The notes beneath the pieces are model-generated. The model had not been told where the DNA came from, ran no database searches, and saw nothing but the letters and a program-made list of their open reading frames with translations. From assembly GCF_006345805.1 (NCBI RefSeq), contig NC_042997.1, forward strand, positions 211,544,001 to 211,608,000: DNA of 64,000 bases, given 5' to 3'. A program made the position numbers and the translations under genes. The stretch comes from Octopus sinensis (taxonomy: Eukaryota). Positions 25,001 through 36,241 of the stretch are shown piece by piece. Each line of letters opens with the position of its first letter. The stretch's first letter is position 1.

Positions 25001-26144
25001 GAATACATATATATTTATATTATATGTATATATATACGGCAAGATGTGTGTGTGTGTACGTGATTGTAGTTTATGCACATCACACAAATTAGCACGCATG
25101 TCGCTCAAATTTTAGGAGGACATTCGTCAACATCCTATCTGGGTTTTGTCAACTTATTTTTTTCCCGTGGCACCGCGCGGATAGCGGTAAAAAATCTATT
25201 TTCAGCCATAACATTTAGCGGTTAAAAATCTATTTTCAGCCATATCTTTTGACGGCGTCTAACAAAAAAAAAAACAAGATAAAGAAAAGTGGAGAAGAGA
25301 GGCAGAGAGTTTCAAGGGGAAGACAAAGTGAGAGAGGAGAGAGAGAGAGAGTTAGTGATGACGTTCATAAAATATAAATGTTTTGTCTTTTCTTAAACAC
25401 GAGATATAGTGTTCAAATTCAGGATGTTTTTGAAAGACACTATATTTTATAATCATACTTTCTCACACAACAATTACAATATATTTATTTAAAATCATTT
25501 ATTTATTTAAAATCATCCCTCTCTCTCACTCACATTACTTTGGGTGCGAAAGAGTTTTGTTTTTATTTTACGCCGAGTAAAAAAGTGTTTTGTTGACAAT
25601 CCATTTATTTAACAACAAAGAAACAAAGAGGTGAGTAGCAATTTGTCAGTGAATTGCTCAATATAAATGGGTACAATTTTCGGGGCTTCCACCACACCCA
25701 CTCAGATTCACGGACCACAAAAAGGGTTTTGTAGTATATTAGTAGTTGATTCCACGCAAAAAAAAAAAAACGATTATTTTTCTTAGTGAAAATCGTGAGA
25801 GTGTTAATCTACCAATTTAACAACATTTTTTCCATTCATTCTGTTTATGAACATGTATGCATGCACAAAACATGCAATAGTGTGTCGTACATACATGTGT
25901 GTTCGTGTCTGTTGCCCATATATATTTATTATATTATATTATATTATATTATATATATATATTATATTATATTATAGATATATATAATATAACCAATTTC
26001 AACGGATTTTGCCCAAATTTGACGTCGATATTACTTAGTTTGGTTTGAAATAAAGAACTTGATTAGCTTAATAATCGTAACTTAATCCCGGGTTATATTG
26101 CTAGTTTCCTATAAAAACTGTTTCGGGTTTTCTTCTTTTGAAAA

Positions 26145-28760
26145 CTACCCTACGAGCTTTACAGTTGTATGCCAGACTTGTTTGGAGACATTTTGGCAGT
26201 GGTGTACTGCAATTGACAGCAAAACGGGAGCATCCCTGGTTTTGTGAGCCAAGGAGCCGTAACACTGCAGAAGAAAGATCTAAACAAGGGGGATATAATA
26301 GATAACTTTAGGCCCATCACTCTGCTTAATGCAGACTTGAAAATTTTGGCCAAGGTGTTAGCCAAGAGGTTGGCGCTTGGCATCGAGAAACTGGTCGACA
26401 AGGCACAAACGTGCGCTGTGCTGGGCTGGAGCCTCCATGACAACCTCCATCTGATACGCTACGTCATTGACAGGATAGTTAAGGAACCTGACATGGGTGG
26501 GGCCCTGATCAATTGGATCAATCGAAAGCTTTTGATAGGGTAGACTATCGATACTTGGAGCCTGTCCTCAGAGTGGCTGGTTTCGGTCCTGACTTCCGCG
26601 GCTGGATAGCCGCTTTGTACAGAGGTATCTGCTCGGTAATTCGCATAAATGGACATCTATCAAGACCTTTCAACATTGCACGTTCGGTCTGTCAGGGATG
26701 CCCCCTCTCGTCGCTTCTATACGTATTGACTATCGAGCCATTACTGCGGAAGCTGGTGACTCTGAGGGACATCCCACGAGAATTGGGATGCGGGACGAGC
26801 ATGTCCGCATACGTGGACAACGTCACCATCATAGTGTCTAGCCACGAGCACATCGAGCAGGTTGGCGAGACACAGAAAGACTACAAAGCGGTGACAGGAG
26901 CGAAAATCAACTGGAAAAAGTCAGTGGGCTTGTGGCTCGCACCTGGAGAGCAAGCCCATGCCGTCCACCAGCGCCTCCATTTGTGGGACACTGGACCGAT
27001 GGTCCGGTTGAGTTGCTCGGCGTCTGGTTTGGTCCGGACCTCTAAATGGAGAAGAACTGGAATGAGATAACGAGTAAGGTGGTCAAGCTCACTTGGCAAT
27101 AGGCCGAGAGGAAACTGTCCCTAAAAGGTCAGGTGGAGGTGGCGAACATGTACATCGCGTCCATCATCTACTACTGCCTGACCGTTGTACCTTGTCCTGA
27201 CCCTTCCATCACCAAACTAGAATGCATTCTCTTCCGCTTCTTGTGGAAAGAATGTGTCCCGATGGTCAAGTAATCCATTTGCTGTCAACACCCGTTAAAA
27301 GGAGGACTGGGCATGATGTGGTTGATGATGCGCAGAAACGCGCTGAGACTGCGACATCTCCAGCTCTATGTAGACGATGGTCGCCGTTTGTGAGGCACGC
27401 TTTCCTGCAACTTGTCTCCATGACCGCACTGCAGTCATGGATCAAAAAGAGGCCGAGGAAGGCCGAGTGTCGCGTTGCCCTCAAGCAACTATGCCGGCCT
27501 GGGTTGACCTTCAGCAACTTCAACAAACCCAAAGCATTCTTTAGGGGATTAGTGGAGGGGAGGTATGATGAGCTCGGGGTGAACCTGGGCGTTGATGAGG
27601 AATACCTGACCCGTCTGTTCAGGACGACTTTCGGGCCAGGACCTATGGACAACTTCCAGAGATCCCTGGCCTGGTAGTGCTACCGAGAAGCGGTACCTGT
27701 TTAGGATAAGCTCTATAGACAAGGCTCGAGAGAATTCGTTTGTGAGGCAAGCTTTCCTGCAAACTTGTCTCTCATGACCCGCACTGCAGCATGGATCAAA
27801 AGAGGCCGAGGAAGGGCCGGTGTCGCGTTGCCCTCAAGCAACTATGCCGGCCTGGCGTTGGACCTTCAGCAACTTCATGACAAACCCAAAGCATTCTTTA
27901 GGGGGATTAGTGGAGGGGAGGGATGATGAGCTCGGGGTGAACCTGGGCGTTGATGCGGAATACCCTGACCCGTCTGTTCAGGACCGACTTTCGGGCCAGG
28001 ACCTATGGACAACGTTCCAGAGATCCCTGGCCTGGTAGTGCTACCGAGAAGGCGGTACCTGTTTTAGGATAAGCTCTATAGACAAGGCTCGAGAAAAACG
28101 GAGCCGACCTGTGGGCTTATGTCGAACGACTACTGTTACGTGGGGGATGAGTCGGTTTATCAGCCGAGTCTATCGTCAATATTGTCACGCTCCTTCCTTC
28201 AAACGGGGAGGAAGAGCTATTTTCATCATACTTGTGGCTATGGCAAAAGAATGTATCTGGTGGGAGCATGAAAGGATTAGAGACAAATACTTCCTCTCTG
28301 GTCAATCTTCTCATCAAACTTCTTCAAGTATCACTTGAAAAGGAAAGTGAGAGTAGGAGGCAAGTTTTGTCTAGCGAATGTTTCAAAAAAAAGATGGGTG
28401 AACGTAGCAGCAAGGAGCACATATGAATGACGAAGCTACCTTGACCATAATCCTATGTACCCGGAAAAAAATTTATAAAACAGAGGGTTACCTACTTGCA
28501 AACAAATGTGTTAACATGTGACCTACTTGCAAATAAATGTGTTAACATGGGACATTATTGACCGAAGTTACCGTGGTCTTTTCCGTAGGCTTTTCTTCCA
28601 CGGATAAACCTATTATGCTTCCCCCTTACACGTTACATCATGACATTTCTGTGATACACGATCGCTATTGATGGTTTTTTTTCTCTCCCCAAAAAAGAAA
28701 AGCTCTACTTTGTAATTTTCCCGTCTGTGTTCAGCCCTGTGTGGCTAATAAAGAAACATA
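26145..28760 (+). mobile_element. Tx1/L1-clade LINE, 5'-truncated, degenerate RT through 3' end
   Basis: LPYELY..NFRPITLLNADLKILAKVLAKRL..DQSKAFDRVD..VCQGCPLSSLLYVL..AYVDNVTI (decayed YADD). Continues into a 3' UTR ending ctaataaagaaacata. The exact 3' end is inferred. Confidence 0.85.
27381..28093 (+). repeat. Two ~350-bp tandem copies inside the Tx1 element
   Basis: cgtttgtgaggc..ctatagacaaggctcgag occurs at about 27385-27730 and 27737-28092. The second copy carries many 1-bp insertions. Confidence 0.9.
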
Positions 28761-29587
28761 TTTTTCATGTCGTCTGTTGTAAATAATAATAAAATATATT
28801 TCAAGGTAAATTGTGTTAAAAGAGGGCAGAGGAGAAGTGTTTTTCTCGGAAAAACACTGATGTCATACAAAGTTGTTGTTAAACCAATGAACACCTTAAA
28901 AACGATCAAATAAAGTTTCAAGTTTCACTTTTGCTCAGATTTGTGACGAGGTAAGTTTTTTTCGTTTTACATCTTCCTAATTTAATTTCTTTAATCCCGT
29001 CTCTCCATTGCTTTACAAAAACTTTACAAAATCGATTCAATACTTTTCCTTACATTATAACTACATGGATTGTTTCCTCTCAATTTTAAGAATGTATGTG
29101 TGTGTGTTGGTGTGTGTGCATGTGTGGTGTGCGTATTTCCAGTTTGTAGGTATATGTGATGTGTGTCATTACGTATGTCTGCAAAGCCATCGATATTTCC
29201 CCCATCATCGGAAAACCTACAGCCTCTTAAAGCTATTTTAGTAAATTTCATTCAAGAACATCAACTTTTCTGAAAGTTACGAACAACAAAATCGATGGAG
29301 GGGCACCTGTCTAGGTTATGCCATGTTTTCTTGGTCATGAAATGAAGACCTGTAATAAAGTCACAAATAATTTGTCCCCACCCCACCAGGACAAAAGCCT
29401 CCTCGGACAATCCCTCCTCCAGCGGACAAAACCCCCATAGTTTTCCTGTGACTTTTTTTTACCCGGGTTCCGTAAGATTATGTTGCAAGTTTTTAACGTA
29501 CGTCAAGCTAGAAATGGCAGCCAAATCTCCTCATATAAGGCACAATCCAAGAAGGACAATTGCTTCATTAACAGGGATACTACACAC

Positions 29588-29790
29588 ATCAGAAACGTTA
29601 GCACGCCGAGCGAAATATTGGCGTTATTTCGTCTGTCTTTACTTTCTGAGTTCAAATTCTGCCAAAGTCGACTTTGCCTTTCATCCTTCTGGAGTCTATA
29701 AAATAAGTACCAGTTGTATCCGTGGCTTGATCTAATCGACTGGCCTCCTTCCCAAAATTTGGGCCTTGTGCCTCAAGAAGAAAGAATATT
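29588..29790 (+). mobile_element. tRNA-derived SINE (tail type B)
   Basis: cagaaacgttagcacgcc..ctgagttcaaattctgcc..gactttgcctttcatcc..ccaaaatttgggccttgtgcct..gaaagaatatt. Confidence 0.85.
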
Positions 29791-29965
29791 TGAGACGATG
29801 GAGCTTTGTGGCAAATGACTGCCCCAGTAGAATGAAATATATAGCAAATCTGGTCTAGGTTTGAAACAGGAGTTGTAGTGAGAAGCAACTCGTTTGGATT
29901 TGGTTTGAATCTCCGTACATACATACAGATATAGTATTCATTTCATACACACACACACACACACA

Positions 29966-30330
29966 TCGTGGCACTCCGTCGGTTGCGACGATGAGGGTTC
30001 CAGTTGATCCGATCAACGGAACAGCCTGCTCGTGAAATTAACGTGCAAGTGGCTGGGTACTCTACAGACACGTGGATCTCTCAGGGAGATTCAGCGTGAC
30101 ACAGAGTGTGTCGAGGCTGGCCCTTTGAAATACAGGTACAACAGGAAGAAGGACTGAGAGAAAGTTGCGGTGAAAGGGTACAGCAGGGTTCGCCACCACC
30201 CACTGCCGGGGCCTCGTGGAGCTTTATGTGTTTTCGCTCAATAAACACTCACAGCACCGGGTCTGGGGATCAAAACCGCGATCCTACGACCGCGAGTCCA
30301 CTGCCCTAACCACTGGGCCGTTGTGCCTCC
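29966..30330 (-). mobile_element. tRNA-headed SINE (third family)
   Basis: Reverse complement ggaggcacaacggcccagtggttagggcagtggactcgcggtcgtaggatcgcggttttgatccc shows A and B boxes followed by a non-tRNA body. Confidence 0.75.
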
Positions 30331-30874
30331 ACAAAGAGACATATACAATACCTGTATACATGATAAATGCTGTGTGGTTTTTAGTGAAAACGTGGGAATT
30401 ATTTATCAAGATTTCCCAACAGGTTTCTATTAATTGAAGCCGCTTTAGTAAAAGGTTACTCTGTAATGTTTGTTGATCACGGAAATCTATTTACACTTAC
30501 ATCATCATCTTTTTTTTTACTGAGATTCATTTTCTCTCTTAATTTATTGCTTTCATTTTGATTTCTTGGGTGCGGCGTTAAAAGGCCGTAACCTGACACA
30601 TGGTTTCTGTTTACATGTTTCTTTCTTTCGTTTCTTTTCTTTCTTTATCGTTTTCCTTCTCTCTCTCTTCTTTCTTCTTCTTTCTCCACTTTTCTCTTCA
30701 TTGCTCCTCCACCTCCCCTCCAGCTCCTGAAAAAACATAAGTAAATAAAAGATGGCTTCAAAAGTAATTTCATTATAAGATGATAGTCTGACATGAAGAT
30801 GGCAGGAAAAGGTGTTTGTTAAGATATACATTTAAAAATATTTGGACTTTTTGCCGGTTAAAATGTTTTGAGGG

Positions 30875-32255
30875 TTACATAGATTCATTTATGTAGGGTA
30901 TGGGCAGTTCCCATGAGCACTATCTTTTGAATTTCTGCCATTTTGGGGTTTTCTGGTATCTGAGTTAGGTAGCAATCAGCCCCTTTTCCTATCATTCCCA
31001 GGGCACTATATGACAACAGGTATTGTTTTAGTCTTCAGGTTCCACATTTTGCTGATTTCTATTTCAAGATCTTTATATTTGCTCAGTTTTGGTTAGGTAG
31101 GTCTTGACAGATACGTTTATATCAATTGGTACAGTCATATCAATGAGGAGGCATGTTCTTTGTCTGAAGTCTTTCAATATAATATCCGGCCTATTTGCAT
31201 CTAGCTTTCTGTTAGTTTGAACAGTAAAGTTCCAGAGGAGTGAGATGTGGTCATTTTCAAGCTCTGGAGATGGTTTGTGTCCCACCAGTTTTTTTCATGG
31301 GGCAAATCCAGGTTTTTGAAAATTACCCAGTGAATATATTGTGCAGTTCTATCATGCCTGTTGAGATACTCTGTAGGCGCTAGAAGACTGCACTTGGAGA
31401 CAACATAATCAATGGTTTCATTTTGTTGTTGACATACACGACATTTTGGGCTACTGCCGTCCTTTAATATGTTGGCCAGGTAGTTCCTTGTAGGTAGGCA
31501 TTGATCTTGAGCTGCTATGATAAACCCTTCTGTTTCAGATTTTAAGCCACAGGCCATTAGCCATTGATGGGTCAGGGCTTTGTCAACATCTGCATCATTC
31601 ACTCTCTTTGGGTATTTTGCCATAGAGAAGTTTTCTTGCCATTATCCGTAAGAATATCTAAGGCAGCAGTTTTAGCACGTGTTTTCATGCATTTAGCTTT
31701 TTCTGTGCTTTGTTCTTGTGTGTCTAATTCCAAAATTTGTTGTATTCGGAATTCACTTAGATATTCCTTTGCCGGTTTGTTACTGAGTATGATGCTTTCT
31801 TGTTTTCCTGTTTTGAGACAAGTTTTAACATCCAGTCCCCAGAGTTTTTCAGGTAGGTGTCTAGGCCAATTGTAGCAATCTTCATTGTTATTGCCAGTTG
31901 TAAAAGTCCACGGCCTCCCTCTTTTCTTGGCAGATAAAGTCGCTCTATATCTGCCTTAGGGTGGTGCATTCTATGCACTGTCAACAGTTTTCGTATTTTT
32001 CTGTCAAGATTACATATCTCAGTAATTGACCAGTTAACGATATTGAAACTGTAAGTCACGACTGGTATGGCTAAAGCATTGATCGCTTCGATCCTGCTTC
32101 TCGCATTCAGTTCTGTCTTGAGTATTGCTCTTATTCTGCGATAACATTCTCTCCTGATCCTTTCCTTCATCACTGAATGCCGTATTCCGTCCCCTTCAAT
32201 TACCCCTAGGTACTTGTAGTTCTCCACTGGGTCTAACTCTTTTATGACATGCTGC
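30875..32255 (-). mobile_element. R4/Dong-type non-LTR retrotransposon with restriction-like endonuclease, 5'-truncated
   Basis: YKYLGV..AINALAIPVVTYSF..HHPKADIERLYLPRKEGGRGL, ETEGFIIAAQDQ, knuckle CRVC..ETIDYVVSKC, RHD, PD-(D/E)xK region NRPDIIL..LLIDMTVP, C-terminal EIQKIVLMGTAH. Confidence 0.88.
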
Positions 32256-32295
<40 letters not shown>

Positions 32296-32297
<2 letters not shown>

Positions 32298-32587
32298 GTT
32301 TGACTTTTTCTTTATATTTGTACAAGTTGGCTCCAAGTCTCACCCAGAGACCTCAAGAGACAACAGGTTGGAAGTTCACATTGTTGTTATGCCTAGTGTG
32401 CCATATATTTGGTTGTTTTTTGTGTTGTACTAGTGGATGTCTAAAAAAAAAAATATATTTGTTTTAAACCTTGAGATTACATAGAAAGTATTTTGCGTAG
32501 GATATGAGCAGTTCCCATGAGCACTATCTTTTGAATTTCGGCCATTTTTGGGTTTCCTGGAATCTGAGTTAGGTAGCAATCAGCCCC

Positions 32588-32590
<3 letters not shown>
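32296..32590 (-). mobile_element. Short second copy of the same R4/Dong-type family (ORF end + 3' UTR)
   Basis: KGADCYLTQIPGNPKMAEIQKIVLMGTAHILRKILSM*, closely matching 30875-30990. Flanked by (TAA)n on both sides. Confidence 0.88.
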
Positions 32591-32658
<68 letters not shown>

Positions 32659-32660
32659 AT

Positions 32661-32824
32661 GTGGCAAGCTGGTATTTCATCTGCTGCTACATTCTGAGTT
32701 CAAATTCAACCGAGGTCGATTTTGCCTTTCATCTTTTAAGGGTCAATAAATTTAGTACCAGGTGAACGCTGGGGCTGATGTAATCGACTCACCCCTTCCC
32801 CAACATTGCTGCAAAATTTGAAAC
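32661..32824 (+). mobile_element. SINE, internally deleted, with a different tail
   Basis: ctgagttcaaattcaaccgaggtcgattttgcctttcatc..agtacc. Confidence 0.75.
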
Positions 32825-32901
<77 letters not shown>

Positions 32902-32902
32902 A

Positions 32903-33115
32903 GGTGGTGATCTGGCAGAATCGTTAGCACACTGGATGAAATGCTTAGTGGTATTTTACCAATTGCTACATTCTGAGTTCAAATTCTGCCAAGGTCAGCT
33001 TTGTCCTTTATCCTTTCAGGGTCAATAAATTAAGTACCAGTGAAACACTGGGGTCAATGAAATACTCTCCCCCAAAATTTCAGGCTTTGTGCCTTTAGTA
33101 GAAAGGGTTATTATT
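32903..33115 (+). mobile_element. tRNA-derived SINE (tail type B)
   Basis: ggtgatctggcagaatcgttagc..ctgagttcaaattctgcc..caaaatttcaggctttgtgcctttagtagaaagggttattatt. Confidence 0.85.
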
Positions 33116-34205
33116 CTTATATTTTATAAAGATTGACATAACCCCTCATTAAGGGCCAGGTGATGCATTGTATTCTTGAGCAAAACCCTTCATTTCACGT
33201 TGCTCCAGTCCACTCAGCTGACAAAACTGGACCCTATTCCAGCCTGGATGTTTCCAGTTTAAGGTTTTTGTTGTTTCCTCAGTTGATATCAGAGCCCTGC
33301 TTCTCCATCCTCAAGTCATGCATCCGCTTTCTATATCTTCTTACGGGGCTTCCCTCCATCATGAACAGGTTAACTAAAAAAAATAACACCCTGACAGCTG
33401 TATTCAATGCCTGAGTCCATTTTGTTCTAGCTGCTGTATAATGAAGACTGGGCCTGTGCTGCTTAGCCACGGGGCACCTGCTGGGTGACAGTCTCTCACA
33501 TGTAGTTTTGTCCTCGTTTATGCTGTTGTTTGTATTCTTTTATCCATTACTCATGCAGAAGAAAGTGTTGATAAGGTGTCACAACCCCCAGTGTTTTTAT
33601 CAAGACACCATCTCTAGTGGGATCTTTTAAAAACAGACTCAAATGGACCCCTTCAACCCTCAAGAGTTTAAAAGAGCTATCCTGCGCTGGACACCAGCCT
33701 GGTATGCAGATAGGAGAAGTGTTAAACATGAAGCCTGGCAGAGTAAGGTGTAGCTAAGAGGTGGGGAGGGGGAGATTAGTGAAAGCAGAAAAAGGGATGA
33801 TCGATGGAAGGGTGTGTGGACAGATGATGATGCAAGTGAGGCGACTAGTATTAACGAAAGGGTGGTGGTGGTGGTGATGAATATGTGCAGATTCTGCTCT
33901 CAAATGGTTACAGCAGCAAAGTAGGACCGTAGTTAGAAGAGTAATGGAGGGATGGGTGTTAGGAAGATGAGATGTGGTGAAGGGGATGCTTCACAGGGAC
34001 AGATGTGGGTGTAGGGCCCAGCATGGGCATGAATAACCACAATGCATTCAGGACCTCACTTTTGCTATGACAGATTGGTGTTTTTGTATCATTTTGTTCA
34101 CCTTGGACCAGGATGGAATATGGACATTAAACCATGATGGGGTAATGAGGATAATGGTCTATATGTAAGAAGAGATATGTGTATATATGTATATATATTT
34201 GTGTG

Positions 34206-34820
34206 TAGGTGAAATTGATTAATTTTATTAAATTAATTATATTCCACCCTTTATTGCATATTGAATACTTTTGCTCCCTTACAAGTTATCTCCGAATTTT
34301 TCGTTTCGTTGGTAATGTTTTTGCAGCTTACGTGGTAAATTTTGGAGGGAAATATGAAGTCGCATTACGGCATAGATGTAGGAATGCTAGCAGTTCCGTT
34401 AGGCCGTCCGATGTCGCTGATCGTATTGGTGTAATGGGTAAGTTTTTTCCCCTAGCATTTCTAGATTTATAGGAAATATTATATTGACAAGGAAATGAAC
34501 CTTCGGTTCTAATCCAGAAACGAGTCGTCTATAATTAATCCATAGGCTGGGTTTTCGTTTTTTCTGCCTTTTTTTGCCATATACAGCTTACAAATTCTGT
34601 TTGTTTGTGGAGACTTTTTACTAGTAGAGGAAATAGTGACCAATTTTGGCTGCTATTTCTAATATTTTCGGTATGTGGTTTTGAGCAACTTGTTGCATTT
34701 AAACCTTAATTATAATTATTATAACCCTTACCAAACATGGTCTTTTCCATACCGACAAATCTACTAGGTGAAATTGATTAATTTTATTAAATTAATTATA
34801 TTCCACCCTTTATTGCATAT
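34206..34820. repeat. 56-bp direct repeats 559 bp apart, possibly a Penelope-like pseudo-LTR unit
   Basis: taggtgaaattgattaattttattaaattaattatattccaccctttattgcatat at 34206-34261 and 34765-34820. The PLE link is inferred from the enclosed hammerhead-like motif. Confidence 0.7.
34478..34535 (+). ncRNA. Decayed type I hammerhead-like motif
   Basis: attata [ttgacaa] gga..gaaccttcggttc..tcc a [gaaa] cgagtc [gtc] tataat. Stems I-III are present and the core differs from CUGACGA by two transitions. Confidence 0.4.
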
Positions 34821-34852
34821 GGTATATAATATATATTATATATATATATTAT

Positions 34853-34895
<43 letters not shown>

Positions 34896-34983
34896 GATAT
34901 ACATATATATATATACATATATATATATTATATATTTATATATATTAATATATATACACACAGGCGCGTATTATATATATATA

Positions 34984-35021
<38 letters not shown>

Positions 35022-35060
35022 TATATATATAATATATATAATATATATTATATAATAAAT
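34820..35060. repeat. Imperfect (TA)n microsatellite
   Basis: Direct reading. Confidence 0.95.
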
Positions 35061-35130
35061 ATTAGGGAATAAATCCAAACTTACAGGGAAAATTCAGATT
35101 TATGATTGAATCCAATTTTATAGTAAAATA

Positions 35131-35545
35131 TTATATTATATTAATTAGAGACAAAACCACTATTAGGCAAATCAAACAATGAAAGACTTAAGCCAATACA
35201 TATGATTAATTTATATTATTTAAATATGTAACAAATTATTAAAAAATATAATTAATATCCACTACGATCGTTTCCTGCCTGCAGTCTTCAAATTTCTGAG
35301 TCGCAGTCATTCATCAGGTGGTTTAAATATTTTTCTTGGCGAGGTTTAAACAATGAATGATGAATGACTGCGACTCAAAAGTTTGAAGAATGCAGGCAGG
35401 AAACGATCGTAGTGGGATATTAATTATATTTTTTGATAATTTGTTACATATTTAAATAATATAAATTAATCATATGTATTGGCTTAAGTCTTTCATTGTT
35501 TGATTTGCCTAATAGTGGTTGTGTCTCTAATTTAATATAATATAT
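35131..35545. repeat. Long inverted repeat, arms of about 186 bp (35131-35316 / 35358-35545) with a 41-bp spacer
   Basis: gagacaaaaccactattaggcaaatc..cgatcgtttcctgcctgca..cattcatca is mirrored by tgatgaatg..tgcaggcaggaaacgatcg..gatttgcctaatagtggttgtgtctc. Confidence 0.93.
35254..35331 (-). ncRNA. Type I hammerhead ribozyme-like motif (Penelope-type, palindromic minimal stem III)
   Basis: Minus strand aatatttaaa ccac CTGATGA atgactgc..gcaggcag GAAA cgatc GTA gtgg atatt. Stem I ccac/gtgg, intact core, stem III acg/cgt, NUH triplet GUA. Stem II is imperfect at its base. Confidence 0.6.
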
Positions 35546-35595
35546 ATATATATATATGTATATATATACAGACACAGATATTTGTTTATTTTCAG

Positions 35596-35732
35596 CAACC
35601 TCTTCACCAAACCCATCCCTTCCTGATCCGCGACAGAAAGCAACCCCTATGACACCCAGAACTAATGTGACATCCAGAGAAAATGCTGGCATCAAAATAA
35701 ACCTAACGATTGATTCAATTTCTAATGCATCT
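35596..35732 (+). CDS. Exon of a macrodomain protein (PARP14/15/9-like): linker and first strand
   Basis: Acceptor ttttcag, donor gtgagt. Encodes (A)TSSPNPSLPDPRQK..GIKINLTIDSISNAS and joins the next exon in frame. Confidence 0.75.
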
Positions 35733-36013
35733 GTGAGTAAATAGATTCATGTAACTTATTTATATTTAATTGTTATTTCATTTCCAAATGAGGAATCATT
35801 ACAGTTAATTAAAACATTTTCTCAATCAAACTCAAACATTTTATTTCCTTCACATCTGATATCTTGAGTATATCTTTTGCTAACTTTAACAACCTCAAAC
35901 TTACTACAGCCATTCTGTAGAGCCTTTCTTAACAACAATATCAACTGCAACAATGTATCTCTCTTCTCTCCATGGAATGTTCCTTAGCTGTTTACCATTA
36001 ATTACTTTTCTAG

Positions 36014-36241
36014 GTTGATGTCATCGTTAACAGCACCAACGAACATCTCCAGCTTGACAGTGGTGCTATTTCCAAATTAATTCTCAATGCTGCTGGTCCA
36101 CAGATACAAAGGGAATGTAACAGGAAATATCCTCAAGGTATTTCAATATATGAAATAGCCGTCACTAAAGGATACAACCTCAAGTGTAAGAATGTATTTC
36201 ATCTGGTATTACCTCCCTGGGATGAAAATTTTTCTCATTCA
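36014..36241 (+). CDS. Macrodomain exon
   Basis: Acceptor ttttctag, donor gtaagt, 228 nt, phase 0/0. Encodes VDVIVNSTNEHLQLDSGAISKLILNAAGPQIQREC..IAVTKGYNLKCKNVFHLVLPPW. Confidence 0.92.

Larger units (their letters stand above)
32256..32900. repeat. Three (TTA)n arrays (32256-32295, 32591-32658, 32825-32900, the last grading into (GTA)n)
   Basis: Direct reading. Confidence 0.95.

Noticed and set aside
30255-30330. tRNA gene (also the SINE heads at 4918, 5062 and 32903)
   Set aside because: A/B boxes are present but there is no complete cloverleaf, and each continues into a SINE body.
33230-34130. Further decayed LINE fragments
   Set aside because: No diagnostic motif could be read with confidence.
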